Source: Bacilli bacterium (GTDB taxonomy: Bacteria; Bacillota_I; Bacilli_A; RFN20; CAG-288). Taken from it: a stretch of DNA of 64,000 nt. A program made the translations under genes and the position numbers. Below are positions 44,409 through 53,900 of this stretch, piece by piece; positions within the stretch are counted from its first letter, which is position 1; the number at the start of each line of letters is the position of its first letter. The notes under the pieces were generated by a model. That model had not been told where the DNA came from. It worked only from the letters and a program-made list of their open reading frames with translations, and searched no databases. The stretch is from the NCBI GenBank assembly GCA_022647725.1, contig JALCLG010000001.1:66931-130930 (forward strand), read 5' to 3'.

Positions 44409-44522
44409 TTTTCCACTGGCTACGATTATAAAAGGAATGGTTGGAATAATAAAGCAATATGATTAACGGACCGGTTGTCATTTTTTCGTCCGGGGACAGG
44501 GCTCATTTGGTATAATTAATGT

Positions 44523-45683
44523 ATGAAACAAAGGAAATTATCATTGCTGATGGCTCTCCTTCTTCTCGTCACCTCATGTTCCGAAAAAAAAGCGACGGCC
44601 GCGGACTATCAGACCAGCCTTGACATCTTCAAGGCCCAAGAAGCCGTGAAGATCCTTCAGCTGACGGATCTTCATTGGTCCTTAGGGACGGATTTTACAA
44701 GACAGGAAGCCTATCTTAAGAAAGTCGTCGAGTTGGCCGACCCGGATATCGTGATTACCACGGGCGACAATGTGCTCTGCGCTTCCGACCGGGATTTTCA
44801 GCATCTCTTTTCCTTCTTCGACAGTCTGACCAACAGCAAAGGCCAGCCAGTTTATTGGTCGGTGACCTGGGGAAACCATGACCGCCAAGGCTTCTACGGA
44901 CCGGATTATCCCAGCAATCTTGCAAAGAGCTATTCCCTAGCCTCTTCCTATACCTATGGGCAGGCCAGCTCTCATCATGGACTTTATAAATGCCCCGAGG
45001 ATGAGGTGCAGGGTCGCTCGAATTATGTCGTCAATCTGACTGATGGCAACAAGACCTTATGGCAGCTTTGGGGCATCGATTCCAACTCCGACAGCTATAA
45101 TGGCTCCACCTATGACTATGATGTGATCCGCCAGAATCAGATCGACTGGTATACGTCCTTGGCCAAGACCACACGAGGCGAAGGAACTAACATTCCCGGA
45201 CTGGCTTTCTTCCATATTCCGCTTTTTCAAAGTGTCTACAGTTATGATGAAGCGAAAAAGACGAAAATCATCAAGGAAGGAGACTTCGGGGGCGAACTGA
45301 GGGAAAGCGAATGGGCTTCCTCGCCTTTAGCCAACCAAGGCTATGCCTCGACTGCCTTCTATATCGGCTATGAGGATACAGGGTTCTATCAGGCTGCCAA
45401 GGCGAACGGCATCAAAGGCATGTTCTACGGCCATGACCATATCAATGACTTCTGGGCTTTGTATGATGACCAGGCAACCGCCAGCAATAACCCCAATGGT
45501 ACTAGCGATGATATTCTTTTGGCGTATGGTACAAAGAGTGGTGACGGCCTTTATTACGATAAGGATATGATTGGAGGCAATCTTATCACGGTTCATAAAG
45601 ACGGCTCATTCAATGGTCATGAAGCCAGTCATGGAACAGACTTCCAATGGATTCATCTGACCTATGAGGAGGCCAACTTATGA
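44523..45683 (+). CDS. calcineurin-like metallophosphoesterase lipoprotein
   Basis: Signal peptide with LLVTSC lipobox. Motifs LTDLH, TTGDN, WGNHD, GHDH. Confidence 0.8.
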   Translation: MKQRKLSLLMALLLLVTSCSEKKATAADYQTSLDIFKAQEAVKILQLTDLHWSLGTDFTRQEAYLKKVVELADPDIVITTGDNVLCASDRDFQHLFSFFDSLTNSKGQPVYWSVTWGNHDRQGFYGPDYPSNLAKSYSLASSYTYGQASSHHGLYKCPEDEVQGRSNYVVNLTDGNKTLWQLWGIDSNSDSYNGSTYDYDVIRQNQIDWYTSLAKTTRGEGTNIPGLAFFHIPLFQSVYSYDEAKKTKIIKEGDFGGELRESEWASSPLANQGYASTAFYIGYEDTGFYQAAKANGIKGMFYGHDHINDFWALYDDQATASNNPNGTSDDILLAYGTKSGDGLYYDKDMIGGNLITVHKDGSFNGHEASHGTDFQWIHLTYEEANL

Positions 45684-46627
45684 AACGTTTACCTTCCTGG
45701 GTTCTCCCAGTCTTCTTGGCTGTCATGTTTCTAGGTGTCTCCGTTGCTTCCTATGAAGGCTCGTGGTGGCTTCTGAATGATCTCTGTGCCGGCCCCGATG
45801 GCAGCAAAGGCGCTTATCTCTCTACCTACTACCCTTATTATCTGACAGTCATCGAAAGCATCTATCTTCTCTTGGCGGTCCATGCTCTTTACCTTCCGGC
45901 CCCCGGGAAGGATCCCAGCAAGCATCTCTTCGTCCACGGCATTTTGCTGACTTCCTTTAGCGCCATCCTGCTGATCCTCAGTGTGATTAAGCTGATTCAG
46001 GGGAAGTATTATCTTGGGATGGCTACGCTCAGTGCCATCTTCCCGGTCGATCTTTTCCTCTTCCAGGGGCTCTTCCTTGCCCTAGGGATTCTGGCCCTTG
46101 TCTTCCATCAGAAGGTGGATCTATCCGGTACCTCCTTGCCGTTAACGACAAAGCCTGTGTTCCGGGTATTGCGCAATATCGGCTTTGGCATCATCCTATT
46201 CTTCACCCTCTTCTTTACCGGCGATGCCGTCAATACCTTCTGGACCTTTGACACCTCATTGAAATATTGGATCCCCATGTTCTTTGTCTATCTTGACCTA
46301 TGGCTTCCCTTAGCCATCGTCTTGGTGTATGAGTTAGGTTATCTGACCCGGAAAGATTCTTTGAAGCAGAACCATTTCCAGGTCATCAGCAGTGCCATCC
46401 TTTGCGGGATTTCCCTTCTCCTGTTTATCGGGATTGTCGTCAGTGAGAAGGTAGTTCCTAACTTCTTGACGGAAGCCGGAACCTCGCTCTTCCCGGTCGA
46501 TCATCAGCTGATGTCGTCCAAAGCCTTTGGTCCGATTATTCTGTTGCTGCTGACGTTCATTCCGTCAGCCGTTGCCCTGATTCAGGGAGTTCTCAAGCAA
46601 AAGAAAGCAGCCGTACAGTCGAAATAG
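45680..46627 (+). CDS. polytopic membrane protein of unknown function
   Basis: 315 aa with about 8 hydrophobic spans. ATGA overlap with the phosphoesterase gene. Confidence 0.65.
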   Translation: MKRLPSWVLPVFLAVMFLGVSVASYEGSWWLLNDLCAGPDGSKGAYLSTYYPYYLTVIESIYLLLAVHALYLPAPGKDPSKHLFVHGILLTSFSAILLILSVIKLIQGKYYLGMATLSAIFPVDLFLFQGLFLALGILALVFHQKVDLSGTSLPLTTKPVFRVLRNIGFGIILFFTLFFTGDAVNTFWTFDTSLKYWIPMFFVYLDLWLPLAIVLVYELGYLTRKDSLKQNHFQVISSAILCGISLLLFIGIVVSEKVVPNFLTEAGTSLFPVDHQLMSSKAFGPIILLLLTFIPSAVALIQGVLKQKKAAVQSK

Positions 46628-46630
46628 GTC

Positions 46631-46661
46631 TTGACTTGGAGTAGACTCTAAGTGCTTTACT
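46631..46661 (+). promoter_or_regulatory. MerR-type promoter with 19-bp spacer and dyad operator
   Basis: TTGACT (46631-46636), 19-nt spacer, TTTACT. The imperfect dyad ACTTGGAGT-ag-ACTCTAAGT (46634-46653) spans the spacer. Confidence 0.6.
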
Positions 46662-46682
46662 ACTCTTGAAGGAGGCCTTTTT

Positions 46683-47087
46683 ATGACCATTGCTGAAGCA
46701 GGAAAAGAATACGGATTTACGCCTGATACCCTTCGCTACTATGAAAAGATGGGGCTAATCAAGCCTCAACGCACCTCCGGCGGGATTCGCGACTATTCGG
46801 AGGACGACCTGAAACGGCTGGGCTTCATTCACTGCATGCGCCAAGCCGGTGTTTCCATCAAGGCCCTGACACAGTACCTTTCCCTTTTCAATGAACCCCG
46901 GGATACCTCCCAGGAAAGGAAAGCTATTCTTCTGGAACAGCAAGCCCTCTTGATTCAAAAGAAAGAGGCCATTGAGAAGACCTTGTCGCTGTTAGACTAT
47001 AAGATCAGCCATTATGACAAGATCATGGCCCAAAAAGGAGGCTGTCAACATGAAAAAACAAACGGCGGGACGGGATGCCCTCGGTGA
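46683..47087 (+). CDS. MerR-family transcriptional regulator
   Basis: 134 aa. N-terminal HTH IAEAGKEYGFTPDTLRYYEKMGLI and a coiled-coil dimerisation helix. Confidence 0.85.
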   Translation: MTIAEAGKEYGFTPDTLRYYEKMGLIKPQRTSGGIRDYSEDDLKRLGFIHCMRQAGVSIKALTQYLSLFNEPRDTSQERKAILLEQQALLIQKKEAIEKTLSLLDYKISHYDKIMAQKGGCQHEKTNGGTGCPR

Positions 47088-47781
47088 GATAGCTCCGGAA
47101 TTCGCCAAGCTCAACGATGACGTCCTCTTCGGCGAAGTCTGGTCACGGACGGACAAGCTGCCCTTGAAGGAAAGGAGCATCGTTACCGTCACCTGCCTGA
47201 TTTCCAAAGGACTTATCACGGATGCCCTGAAATACCATCTGCAGACGGCTAAGGCCAACGGCGTCAGCAAAACGGAGATGGTCGAGATCCTGACCCAGTT
47301 AGCCTTCTATGCCGGCTGGCCCAATGTCTGGGCTGCCTTCCCTTATGTCAAGGAAGTCTATAAGGACGAAACCGTTCATCCCAGCGACTCTCTCTTCGGC
47401 TTAGGACCTGAGAATGTCGCCTACAGCCAATACTTCACCGGAAAAAGCTACCTGAAGCTTCTCAACAAGGAGACCGGGCTGGCCAATGTCACCTTTGAGC
47501 CGGGCTGTCGGAACTATTACCATATCCACCATGTCGGCGGCCAGATTCTTCTCTGCACCGACGGAGTCGGCATTTATCAGGAAGAAGGCAAGGAACCTAG
47601 AAAGCTATTGCCCGGCGACGTCGTCTATATTCCGCCGGAGACCAAACATTTCCATGGTGCCCTGGATAACAGCTGGTTCACGCATGTGGCTTTTGGCGAA
47701 ATGAAGCCCGGGGCGACGACCACCTGGTGTGAGGAAGTTCCGGATACCTTGTATCATTCGCTCTGCGATAAAATACGCTGA
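47050..47781 (+). CDS. carboxymuconolactone-decarboxylase-like / cupin fusion protein
   Basis: Start at MKKQTAGRDALGEI. CMD/AhpD-like N-domain and a C-terminal cupin (YHIHHVGGQ...PPETKHFHGA). Confidence 0.7.
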   Translation: MKKQTAGRDALGEIAPEFAKLNDDVLFGEVWSRTDKLPLKERSIVTVTCLISKGLITDALKYHLQTAKANGVSKTEMVEILTQLAFYAGWPNVWAAFPYVKEVYKDETVHPSDSLFGLGPENVAYSQYFTGKSYLKLLNKETGLANVTFEPGCRNYYHIHHVGGQILLCTDGVGIYQEEGKEPRKLLPGDVVYIPPETKHFHGALDNSWFTHVAFGEMKPGATTTWCEEVPDTLYHSLCDKIR

Positions 47782-47784
47782 CCC

Positions 47785-47817
47785 AAAAAAGAGGAACGGT
47801 AGGTCCGTTCCTCTTTT
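47785..47817. terminator. bidirectional terminator between the cupin gene and hslO
   Basis: A6-GAGGAACGG-n5-CCGTTCCTC-T4. Confidence 0.8.
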
Positions 47818-48707
47818 CAGTTGTTTTTCTTCAGACTTTCCCGGATGGCCTTAACGTCGTCCAAAGGATAAACGTAGTGCTTGCCGCAGAAGTCACAGGT
47901 GATTTCCACCGGCTGCCCTTTGGCAATCAGCGCATCCAGTTCCTCTGTGCCCAGCTGTCTTAAAATCCGGGCTCCTTTGGCCTGAGAGCAGGAGCATTGG
48001 AAAGAAACGTCCTTGGTTCCATTGAAAGAAATGTCAAATCCTTTGAGGACCTGAGCCAGCAGGTCTTCCGGTTTCGGAGATACCCGTAATAAGTCCGTCA
48101 CACGGTGGATGGCTTTGATATTGGCTTCCAGTTGATCGATGACTTCGGAATCGGCAAACGGCATCAGCTGCACGAGATAGCCGCCGGCCTGAGAGACCTG
48201 GCCGGTCGTCTTATCAAAGAGCACTCCTAAGCCGACACTGGTCGGAGTCTGCTCGGATTGAGCAAAGTAGTAGGTCAGGTCATCGGCGATCTCGCCGGAA
48301 TGGAGTTCAATCTCCGAAAGATACGGTTCCTTCATTCCTAAGTCCTCTAAGACCGTCAGGGTGCCTTTCCCTAAGGCTCCGCCGACATTGAGGTGACCGT
48401 TAGGTTCCGGCGGCAGGACGACATCGCCGTTCTTCAAGGTTCCCCGGACATGGCCCAGGCTATCGGCCGTCACGACGAGATATCCGATCGGACCCTCGCA
48501 TTGGATCTGCAGGGTCAATTCATCGGTCGGATTCTTCAGCATATCGCCCATCAGCAGTCCGGCCGAAAGAAGCCGGCCTAAGGCCGCGGTGGCAATCGGA
48601 GAATAATGGTGGATGCTCCGTTCCATTTCGACAATGCCGGTGCTGTTACAGCCAAAAGCACGGATGGCGTCATGACAGGCCGTAGCCCGGACAAGATAAT
48701 CTTTCAT
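47817..48707 (-). CDS. hslO: redox-regulated chaperone Hsp33
   Basis: 296 aa. C-terminal Zn centre CSCS...CDFCGKHY. Confidence 0.9.
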   Translation of the reverse strand: MKDYLVRATACHDAIRAFGCNSTGIVEMERSIHHYSPIATAALGRLLSAGLLMGDMLKNPTDELTLQIQCEGPIGYLVVTADSLGHVRGTLKNGDVVLPPEPNGHLNVGGALGKGTLTVLEDLGMKEPYLSEIELHSGEIADDLTYYFAQSEQTPTSVGLGVLFDKTTGQVSQAGGYLVQLMPFADSEVIDQLEANIKAIHRVTDLLRVSPKPEDLLAQVLKGFDISFNGTKDVSFQCSCSQAKGARILRQLGTEELDALIAKGQPVEITCDFCGKHYVYPLDDVKAIRESLKKNN

Positions 48708-48751
48708 GAAGGTGTTCGTCCTTTTCGCTGCTTATTATAGTCAATTACGGA

Positions 48752-49111
48752 TTAATATGCGACCTGAGCCACGCTTAACAGGTAATAATAAAGAAGGCCG
48801 AAGAGGAAACTGAAGATATTGCTGGCCACCGTCAGCGGAATCAGCTCCGGATGACCTGGTGCCGCCCAGAAATACAAGGCCGTCTCACTGACCACGGCTA
48901 AGATTTCGCCGCTGACCAGAGCCAGCAGATAATACGGACTGCCCTGGCTTTCCAATAGCCAGAGCACATAATTCAAAATAAGATTGGTAGTCAGATTTCC
49001 GACGATGCAGGTGAGCACAAACTTCTTGCTGCGGAAACGGAAAATCAGGAAAAAGGACAGCTCAACAGCGACCGTCAATAAGGCACCGCCCAGAATGACA
49101 AGATGTCTCAT
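48752..49111 (-). CDS. small 4-span membrane protein (cassette gene 4)
   Basis: 119 aa. ATGA overlap with the upstream gene. Confidence 0.6.
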   Translation of the reverse strand: MRHLVILGGALLTVAVELSFFLIFRFRSKKFVLTCIVGNLTTNLILNYVLWLLESQGSPYYLLALVSGEILAVVSETALYFWAAPGHPELIPLTVASNIFSFLFGLLYYYLLSVAQVAY

Positions 49112-49326
49112 TTCTGTTTCGGATGACTGAGCTTCTCATTGATGAGAAGACCCGTCAGAACAGCGATGATGATGACAAGGAAAAGAATGGCCAACAGCCA
49201 CGGCAATATCTGCGTCAGGAAAGCCTGCGCCTCTTCAGGCGTCAAAGCGCTTACCGATGAAGCCGATGATGTCCCAGAGGTGGGATGAAAAGGAGCGGCA
49301 TCGAAAGCAATGGGAAAGCTCATCAT
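49108..49326 (-). CDS. single-pass membrane protein (cassette gene 3)
   Basis: 72 aa. GGAGGA SD inside the upstream gene and an ATGA overlap. One C-terminal TM helix. Confidence 0.55.
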   Translation of the reverse strand: MMSFPIAFDAAPFHPTSGTSSASSVSALTPEEAQAFLTQILPWLLAILFLVIIIAVLTGLLINEKLSHPKQK

Positions 49327-49580
49327 TTGTCCTCCGGTTTATCCGTCGGCGTCTTTTCCGTTGTCTCCGGAGTCTCGGGGGCCGGCGAAACAGCAGCGTT
49401 CTCCCTTGAATCCGACTTTGCAGTCTTCGTCGGTTTCAGCCGCGGAGCCGAGGGATTGTTCTTGCGTTTGTTGATGATGACCACCGCCACGATGACACAG
49501 ATCACCGCCAGCAGAACCAAGACAACAATGGCTATCGGGACAAAGACAACAATCGGCGATGCATCATAACTGATCCTCAT
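49323..49580 (-). CDS. single-pass membrane protein with a disordered tail (cassette gene 2)
   Basis: Start at MRISYDASPIVVFVPIAIVV (ATG 49580), GGAGG 8 nt upstream, ATGA overlap with gene 1. The ORF-track start at 49757 reads back into gene 1. Confidence 0.55.
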   Translation of the reverse strand: MRISYDASPIVVFVPIAIVVLVLLAVICVIVAVVIINKRKNNPSAPRLKPTKTAKSDSRENAAVSPAPETPETTEKTPTDKPEDK

Positions 49581-50623
49581 ACATGACCTCCTTTGGGAAG
49601 TAAGAGCGTCTTCAGACGGTTCTCCTTCCTCAGTGACAGACCGACAAAGACAAGCGACACCGTATTGACGATCATCAGCACAGGTGTCAGCCAATCCTGG
49701 AACGGAGCGGCCAAGACCAGACTGGCCCCGCCCAGATAGCCTAGCACCAGGAAGCAAGCTAACAGCCCGAAGCCAAACGCCCGATACGACGGCATGGCCC
49801 TCCGCATCAGATCCATGGTCAGGGCCATCAGCAGATTGACTCCGAAGACACTCAGAAGCGACATCCCAAGGCTCCCGGGGAAGAAGACACCCACCAGACT
49901 CAAGGTCAGGGAAACCAGTAACAGGGGCAGCACGCCTAAGACATCCAGGATGAACCCGCCGCAGGCCTTCCCGTCAAAGATGGCAAGACTTAGCCATAAA
50001 GCAACATAGCTGATGTCACTTGCGAAGGAGTAGTGGACATAAGGGCCGAAGAAGCCTCTTAGGAAGACGCCTAAGACGATCAGGACTAAGGGAAGAATCT
50101 TGGTTTTGCTTTGCTCCTTGGGAACTGAATAGGAGTAGTCAATCCGGGAGTAGTCGATAAAGCAGGAAGCAACGGTCAAGGCCACAAAGACCACCAGCAG
50201 GGAAAGGAAAAGATAAAGGTTGCTGAAGCTGAGAGCTAAGCCGACACCGACGGAACCGAAGGAGATGAAGACCCCTAAAGGAGAGGACACCTCAGCCTTA
50301 TCCAGGATGACCTTCCCCAGGCCGACATGGAAGAGACTGTTGCCCAGTCCCACCAGGATAATGGCGACGATTGGCTGTGGGATCAAGGCTCCCAGGATCA
50401 CGGCAAGACAGCCGATGGCTCCCCAATAGGGAAGCCTTCGGCTTCGCTCCAGCAGTGCTCCGAAGAGCGGCTGCGGAAGAAAAGCCAAGCCATCATAGGC
50501 AATGCTAAGAATGGCAAAGATTTCCGGATCAAAGCCCCAGGACTTGAAAGAGCACAAAGCATAGATGGAAAAGAAATCAACGACGAAATGAAGCAGGGAA
50601 GGAATCCAGAACTCTTTTTTCAT
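49577..50623 (-). CDS. polytopic membrane protein, MFS-like by eye (cassette gene 1)
   Basis: 348 aa with at least 9 hydrophobic spans. The GALLERSRRLPYW loop resembles MFS motif A. No SD upstream. Confidence 0.65.
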   Translation of the reverse strand: MKKEFWIPSLLHFVVDFFSIYALCSFKSWGFDPEIFAILSIAYDGLAFLPQPLFGALLERSRRLPYWGAIGCLAVILGALIPQPIVAIILVGLGNSLFHVGLGKVILDKAEVSSPLGVFISFGSVGVGLALSFSNLYLFLSLLVVFVALTVASCFIDYSRIDYSYSVPKEQSKTKILPLVLIVLGVFLRGFFGPYVHYSFASDISYVALWLSLAIFDGKACGGFILDVLGVLPLLLVSLTLSLVGVFFPGSLGMSLLSVFGVNLLMALTMDLMRRAMPSYRAFGFGLLACFLVLGYLGGASLVLAAPFQDWLTPVLMIVNTVSLVFVGLSLRKENRLKTLLLPKGGHV

Positions 50624-50629
50624 ATCTTC

Positions 50630-50658
50630 AGTATAAAGGATATTTCACGTTATGTCTA
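50630..50658 (-). promoter_or_regulatory. promoter abutting the cassette start codon (leaderless-type)
   Basis: Minus strand TAGACA (50658-50653), 17-nt spacer, TATACT (50635-50630), then 6 nt to ATG 50623. Confidence 0.55.
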
Positions 50659-50663
50659 GCAAA

Positions 50664-50701
50664 GAAAAAAGCCAACCCAAGAAAGGAAAGTCCGGGCTGG
50701 C
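50664..50701 (-). terminator. intrinsic terminator about 205 nt downstream of the hybrid kinase gene
   Basis: Minus strand GCCAGCCC-n15-GGGTTGGC followed by T6. Confidence 0.7.
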
Positions 50702-50905
50702 TACAAACAAGGGAGTCTTCTCAAAGGAGGAATTGAATTATCGTATGAGGGTCTTTCTTAAAAGCTTCGGTTCCTCTAAGCAAGATACCCCTATTATGCA
50801 AGTTGCCAAAACAAATGATAGTCTTATGGAAGAAGTGGTTATTTTTTTGGCGTAAGTGGTAAAGCAGAAACGGATGAACGGCACTTTCCTGGGGATAAAC
50901 GGCCT

Positions 50906-53900
50906 TTACGGAAGATAATGAGCCAAGGTCTCACGGAGCTTAGCGACATCAATCGGCTTGGTGATGTAGTCATTCATGCCGACCTGTTTGGCATGCTCGA
51001 TGGCGGTGGAGAAGGCATCGGCCGTCATGGCGATGATCGGAATCGTCGTGGCATCCTCCCGTTTCAGCTGTCGGATGGCCTGAGTGGCTTCATAGCCATT
51101 CATGATCGGCATCTGGATGTCCATCAGGATGGCCTGATAGGTATGAGGCTTGCTTTCTTCAAACGTTGTCAGTGCCGCTTTGCCGTTTTCGGCCTTCACC
51201 ACTGAAAGTCCCAGCACCGCTAAGAACCGTTTGGCAATCTCGACATTGATTTCGTTGTCCTCGACCAAAAGGATATTGCCTTTCAGAGGCTTGGCGGATA
51301 AGACCTGATCCAGCGGGGTGGTATGGCTGACGGCCAGATTCTGATCGACCTTGTCGAGCGGGAAGGAGACGACGAAATCGCTGCCTTTTCCTAAGGCGCT
51401 TTTAACGGTGATGGTGCCTCCCATCAGATCGACCAGCTTCTTGACGATGGAAAGACCTAAGCCGGTACCGGTCGTCGTCCTGTCGCGCAGCGGGTTGTCA
51501 TGTTCCTGAGTAAAGGGATCAAACATCACCTTCTGGAAATCCGGACTCATGCCGATGCCGGTATCCTTGATCTCAAGATAGCCCATGACTTGCCTGCCGT
51601 TCAGCGGACGGGTTCCGGAGGCAAAGAAGATGCTGCCGCCGGCCGGGGTGTATTTGACGGAATTGGTCAAGAGGTTGAGGACAATCTGATTGAGTCTCGT
51701 TTTATCGACCAGAATTGTCTTGGTATTGACGTCTTCCTTGACGGTGAACTTCAGATGCTTCTGGTCACAGAGCGGTTCAAGCATATTGCGGACGTTGGAA
51801 AGGAATTCCTGATAGGAGTAGGGTTCCGGCGAAAGCTTGATCTTGCCGGCATCGATCTTGCTGACATCGAGAACATCGTTGATGAGACTGAGTAAGAAGG
51901 TATTGGATACCTCGATCTTCTTCAGGTCATCGGAAAGCTTGACCGGATCATTCTTATCCTGAGTGGCAAAATCCGTCATGCTCTTGATGATGCTGATCGG
52001 GGTACGGATATCATGGGAGATACGGCTGACGAACTCCGATTTTGCCGTACTGGCCTTCTCGGCTTCAATCAGGGCATCCTGGAGCTGCTGGACCGTCTTC
52101 TGCTGCCGGAGATAGGTGGCAGTGACATCGGTCGTGAGCAGAAGAATCTCGCCAGCTTCCTTGTTGAGCCAGTGGTAATGGGCTTCGATGCAGGACAAGG
52201 AACCGTCGGCCAAAGTCCGCCGATATGAGAAGGTAAAGGAGTCTTTCTTGTAAAGCTCACCGACCACCGTCTGGAGGTTGGTCATCGCGGAATAGTATTT
52301 CTGTTCTTCGACATCGAGGAAGGTCTTGGAAACATAGTCCGCCCGTTGGCTATACTTCACCCGCTGATGGGTAAAGGGGAAGCCGACCGTCGGCTTTTCA
52401 TAAATCATTTCCATTGTCTCGCCTTCAAGACGGACAATGGCGATATAGTCAAATTCAGCCTTGGTAATCAGGCCAAATATCTGTTCTGCCAATAAAGCAT
52501 CCTGACTGTCAACACAGGAAACGGAAGTCTCGGTATCGCCCGTCATCGGATTACGGGCGGTGTTCAGATAGGCCTTGACCCAACGGGCTTCGTGGCTCTG
52601 AGGATCGAGGATACGGAAATCGCAGGACACTTCGCTCTTGCCGGCTTCAAAGAGAGCCAATAGGGACTGCCGGTTCAGGATATCCTGACAGCGCTGCCGG
52701 TCTTCATCGCCTAAGAGATGCCGGAGGCACTGAGCAAAATACTCATCAGCGGTCGTCAGGCCTTGGACCCGGGAGGCATACTGCGGAAGGGTCTGCTCTT
52801 CCAGGCATTGGTTCTGAGTGAGATTGAGGTGAACGATGTTGAGAACGTTGGCGCTGTTGAAGGAGAGGCCCTGAATCTTCCTGGCAAACTCCTCTTCCAG
52901 CTGCTTCTCTCCCGAGGTATCGGTAAAGATGACATAGCCGGTCTTGCTGCCGTCCATTTCAATGAAGGCCCGGCCTTCGGCCCGGATCCAATGATAACGG
53001 TCCTGGCCTTCCTCTTTGGTACGATAGACATAGGAAGTGGCATTGGCATCCGAGAACAGTCGCGCCAGTCCAGTCATAACGGTGTCATAGTCGTCCGGAT
53101 AGATGCCCACCTTCACCAGCTGGTCAAACGGCATGGACAGAAGCGTCTTCTCCTGGGCTTTCAATAGCTGGCAGAGGGAGCGGTTGACCATGACGATCTT
53201 CAAAGAATTCTCGGCCTTTTTGACGACGGCAATGCCGGCCGGCAAGGAGTTGATGGTCTTTTCCAGTCCGGCAATCTGCTGCTTCTGCTGTCTGACTTTG
53301 GCCTGCTTTTCCAGTTCTTTGCGCTGCTGCAGATAGGATTCCGTCACATCTTCCTGGGTTACCAGAATCGACCGATGGGTTTCATCCATCCAGACATAGT
53401 TCATCCGTTTGGCTTTTTCGTTGCCATCCACCACACAGTGAAGCACATAGTCATAATGATCGGAGTGTTTCAGCTGACTGACGACCTTGCTGACCGAGGT
53501 TTCCTCCAGGAAATCATCCACTCCCTGGACGGAATGAAGCTTGGCTGACGCTAAGTCTCTCACCTGGTCGAGGGTCTGTTCCTTGGCCATGATATCGACC
53601 GGTCCGGTCTTGCTGGCCACCAGCCGCAAAGTGCCATCGGAAACATGGAGAATCCCGATGTAGTCATAATTCTTTTCCGTCAGCCGATTGACGACGGTGC
53701 TCTTGATGACGGCTTCGGTGATGTTCTGGCCGATGCCTTTGGCACCGATGGGATCGCCATCCCCGTTGAAGGCAGTCACCAAAGAGATCCGGTCACAGCG
53801 CCGGGCCAGCGTCTCGGTCGGCTTCAGCCAGATTTCCGTGCTGGCTGAGGCTTCGCCTTGCCGTACCTTCTTGAAAAGATCAAGATAATCGCTAACGCAG

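Noticed and set aside
50641-50656. TATTTCACGTTATGTC, which resembles half of a parS site (TGTTTCACGTGAAACA).
   Set aside because: Only one half-site matches, the palindrome is not completed, and the position coincides with a promoter spacer.
50652-50855. 67-aa plus-strand ORF in the gap between the membrane cassette and the hybrid kinase.
   Set aside because: Its start overlaps the -35 box of the cassette promoter and its SD is weak and distant (AAGGA, 12 nt). The sequence is not protein-like and no terminator follows.
50702-50905. Possible riboswitch upstream of the membrane cassette.
   Set aside because: A good promoter (TAGACA-17-TATACT) lies between the terminator and the ATG. The hairpin is therefore better read as the terminator of the upstream kinase gene. 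No known riboswitch core was recognisable.
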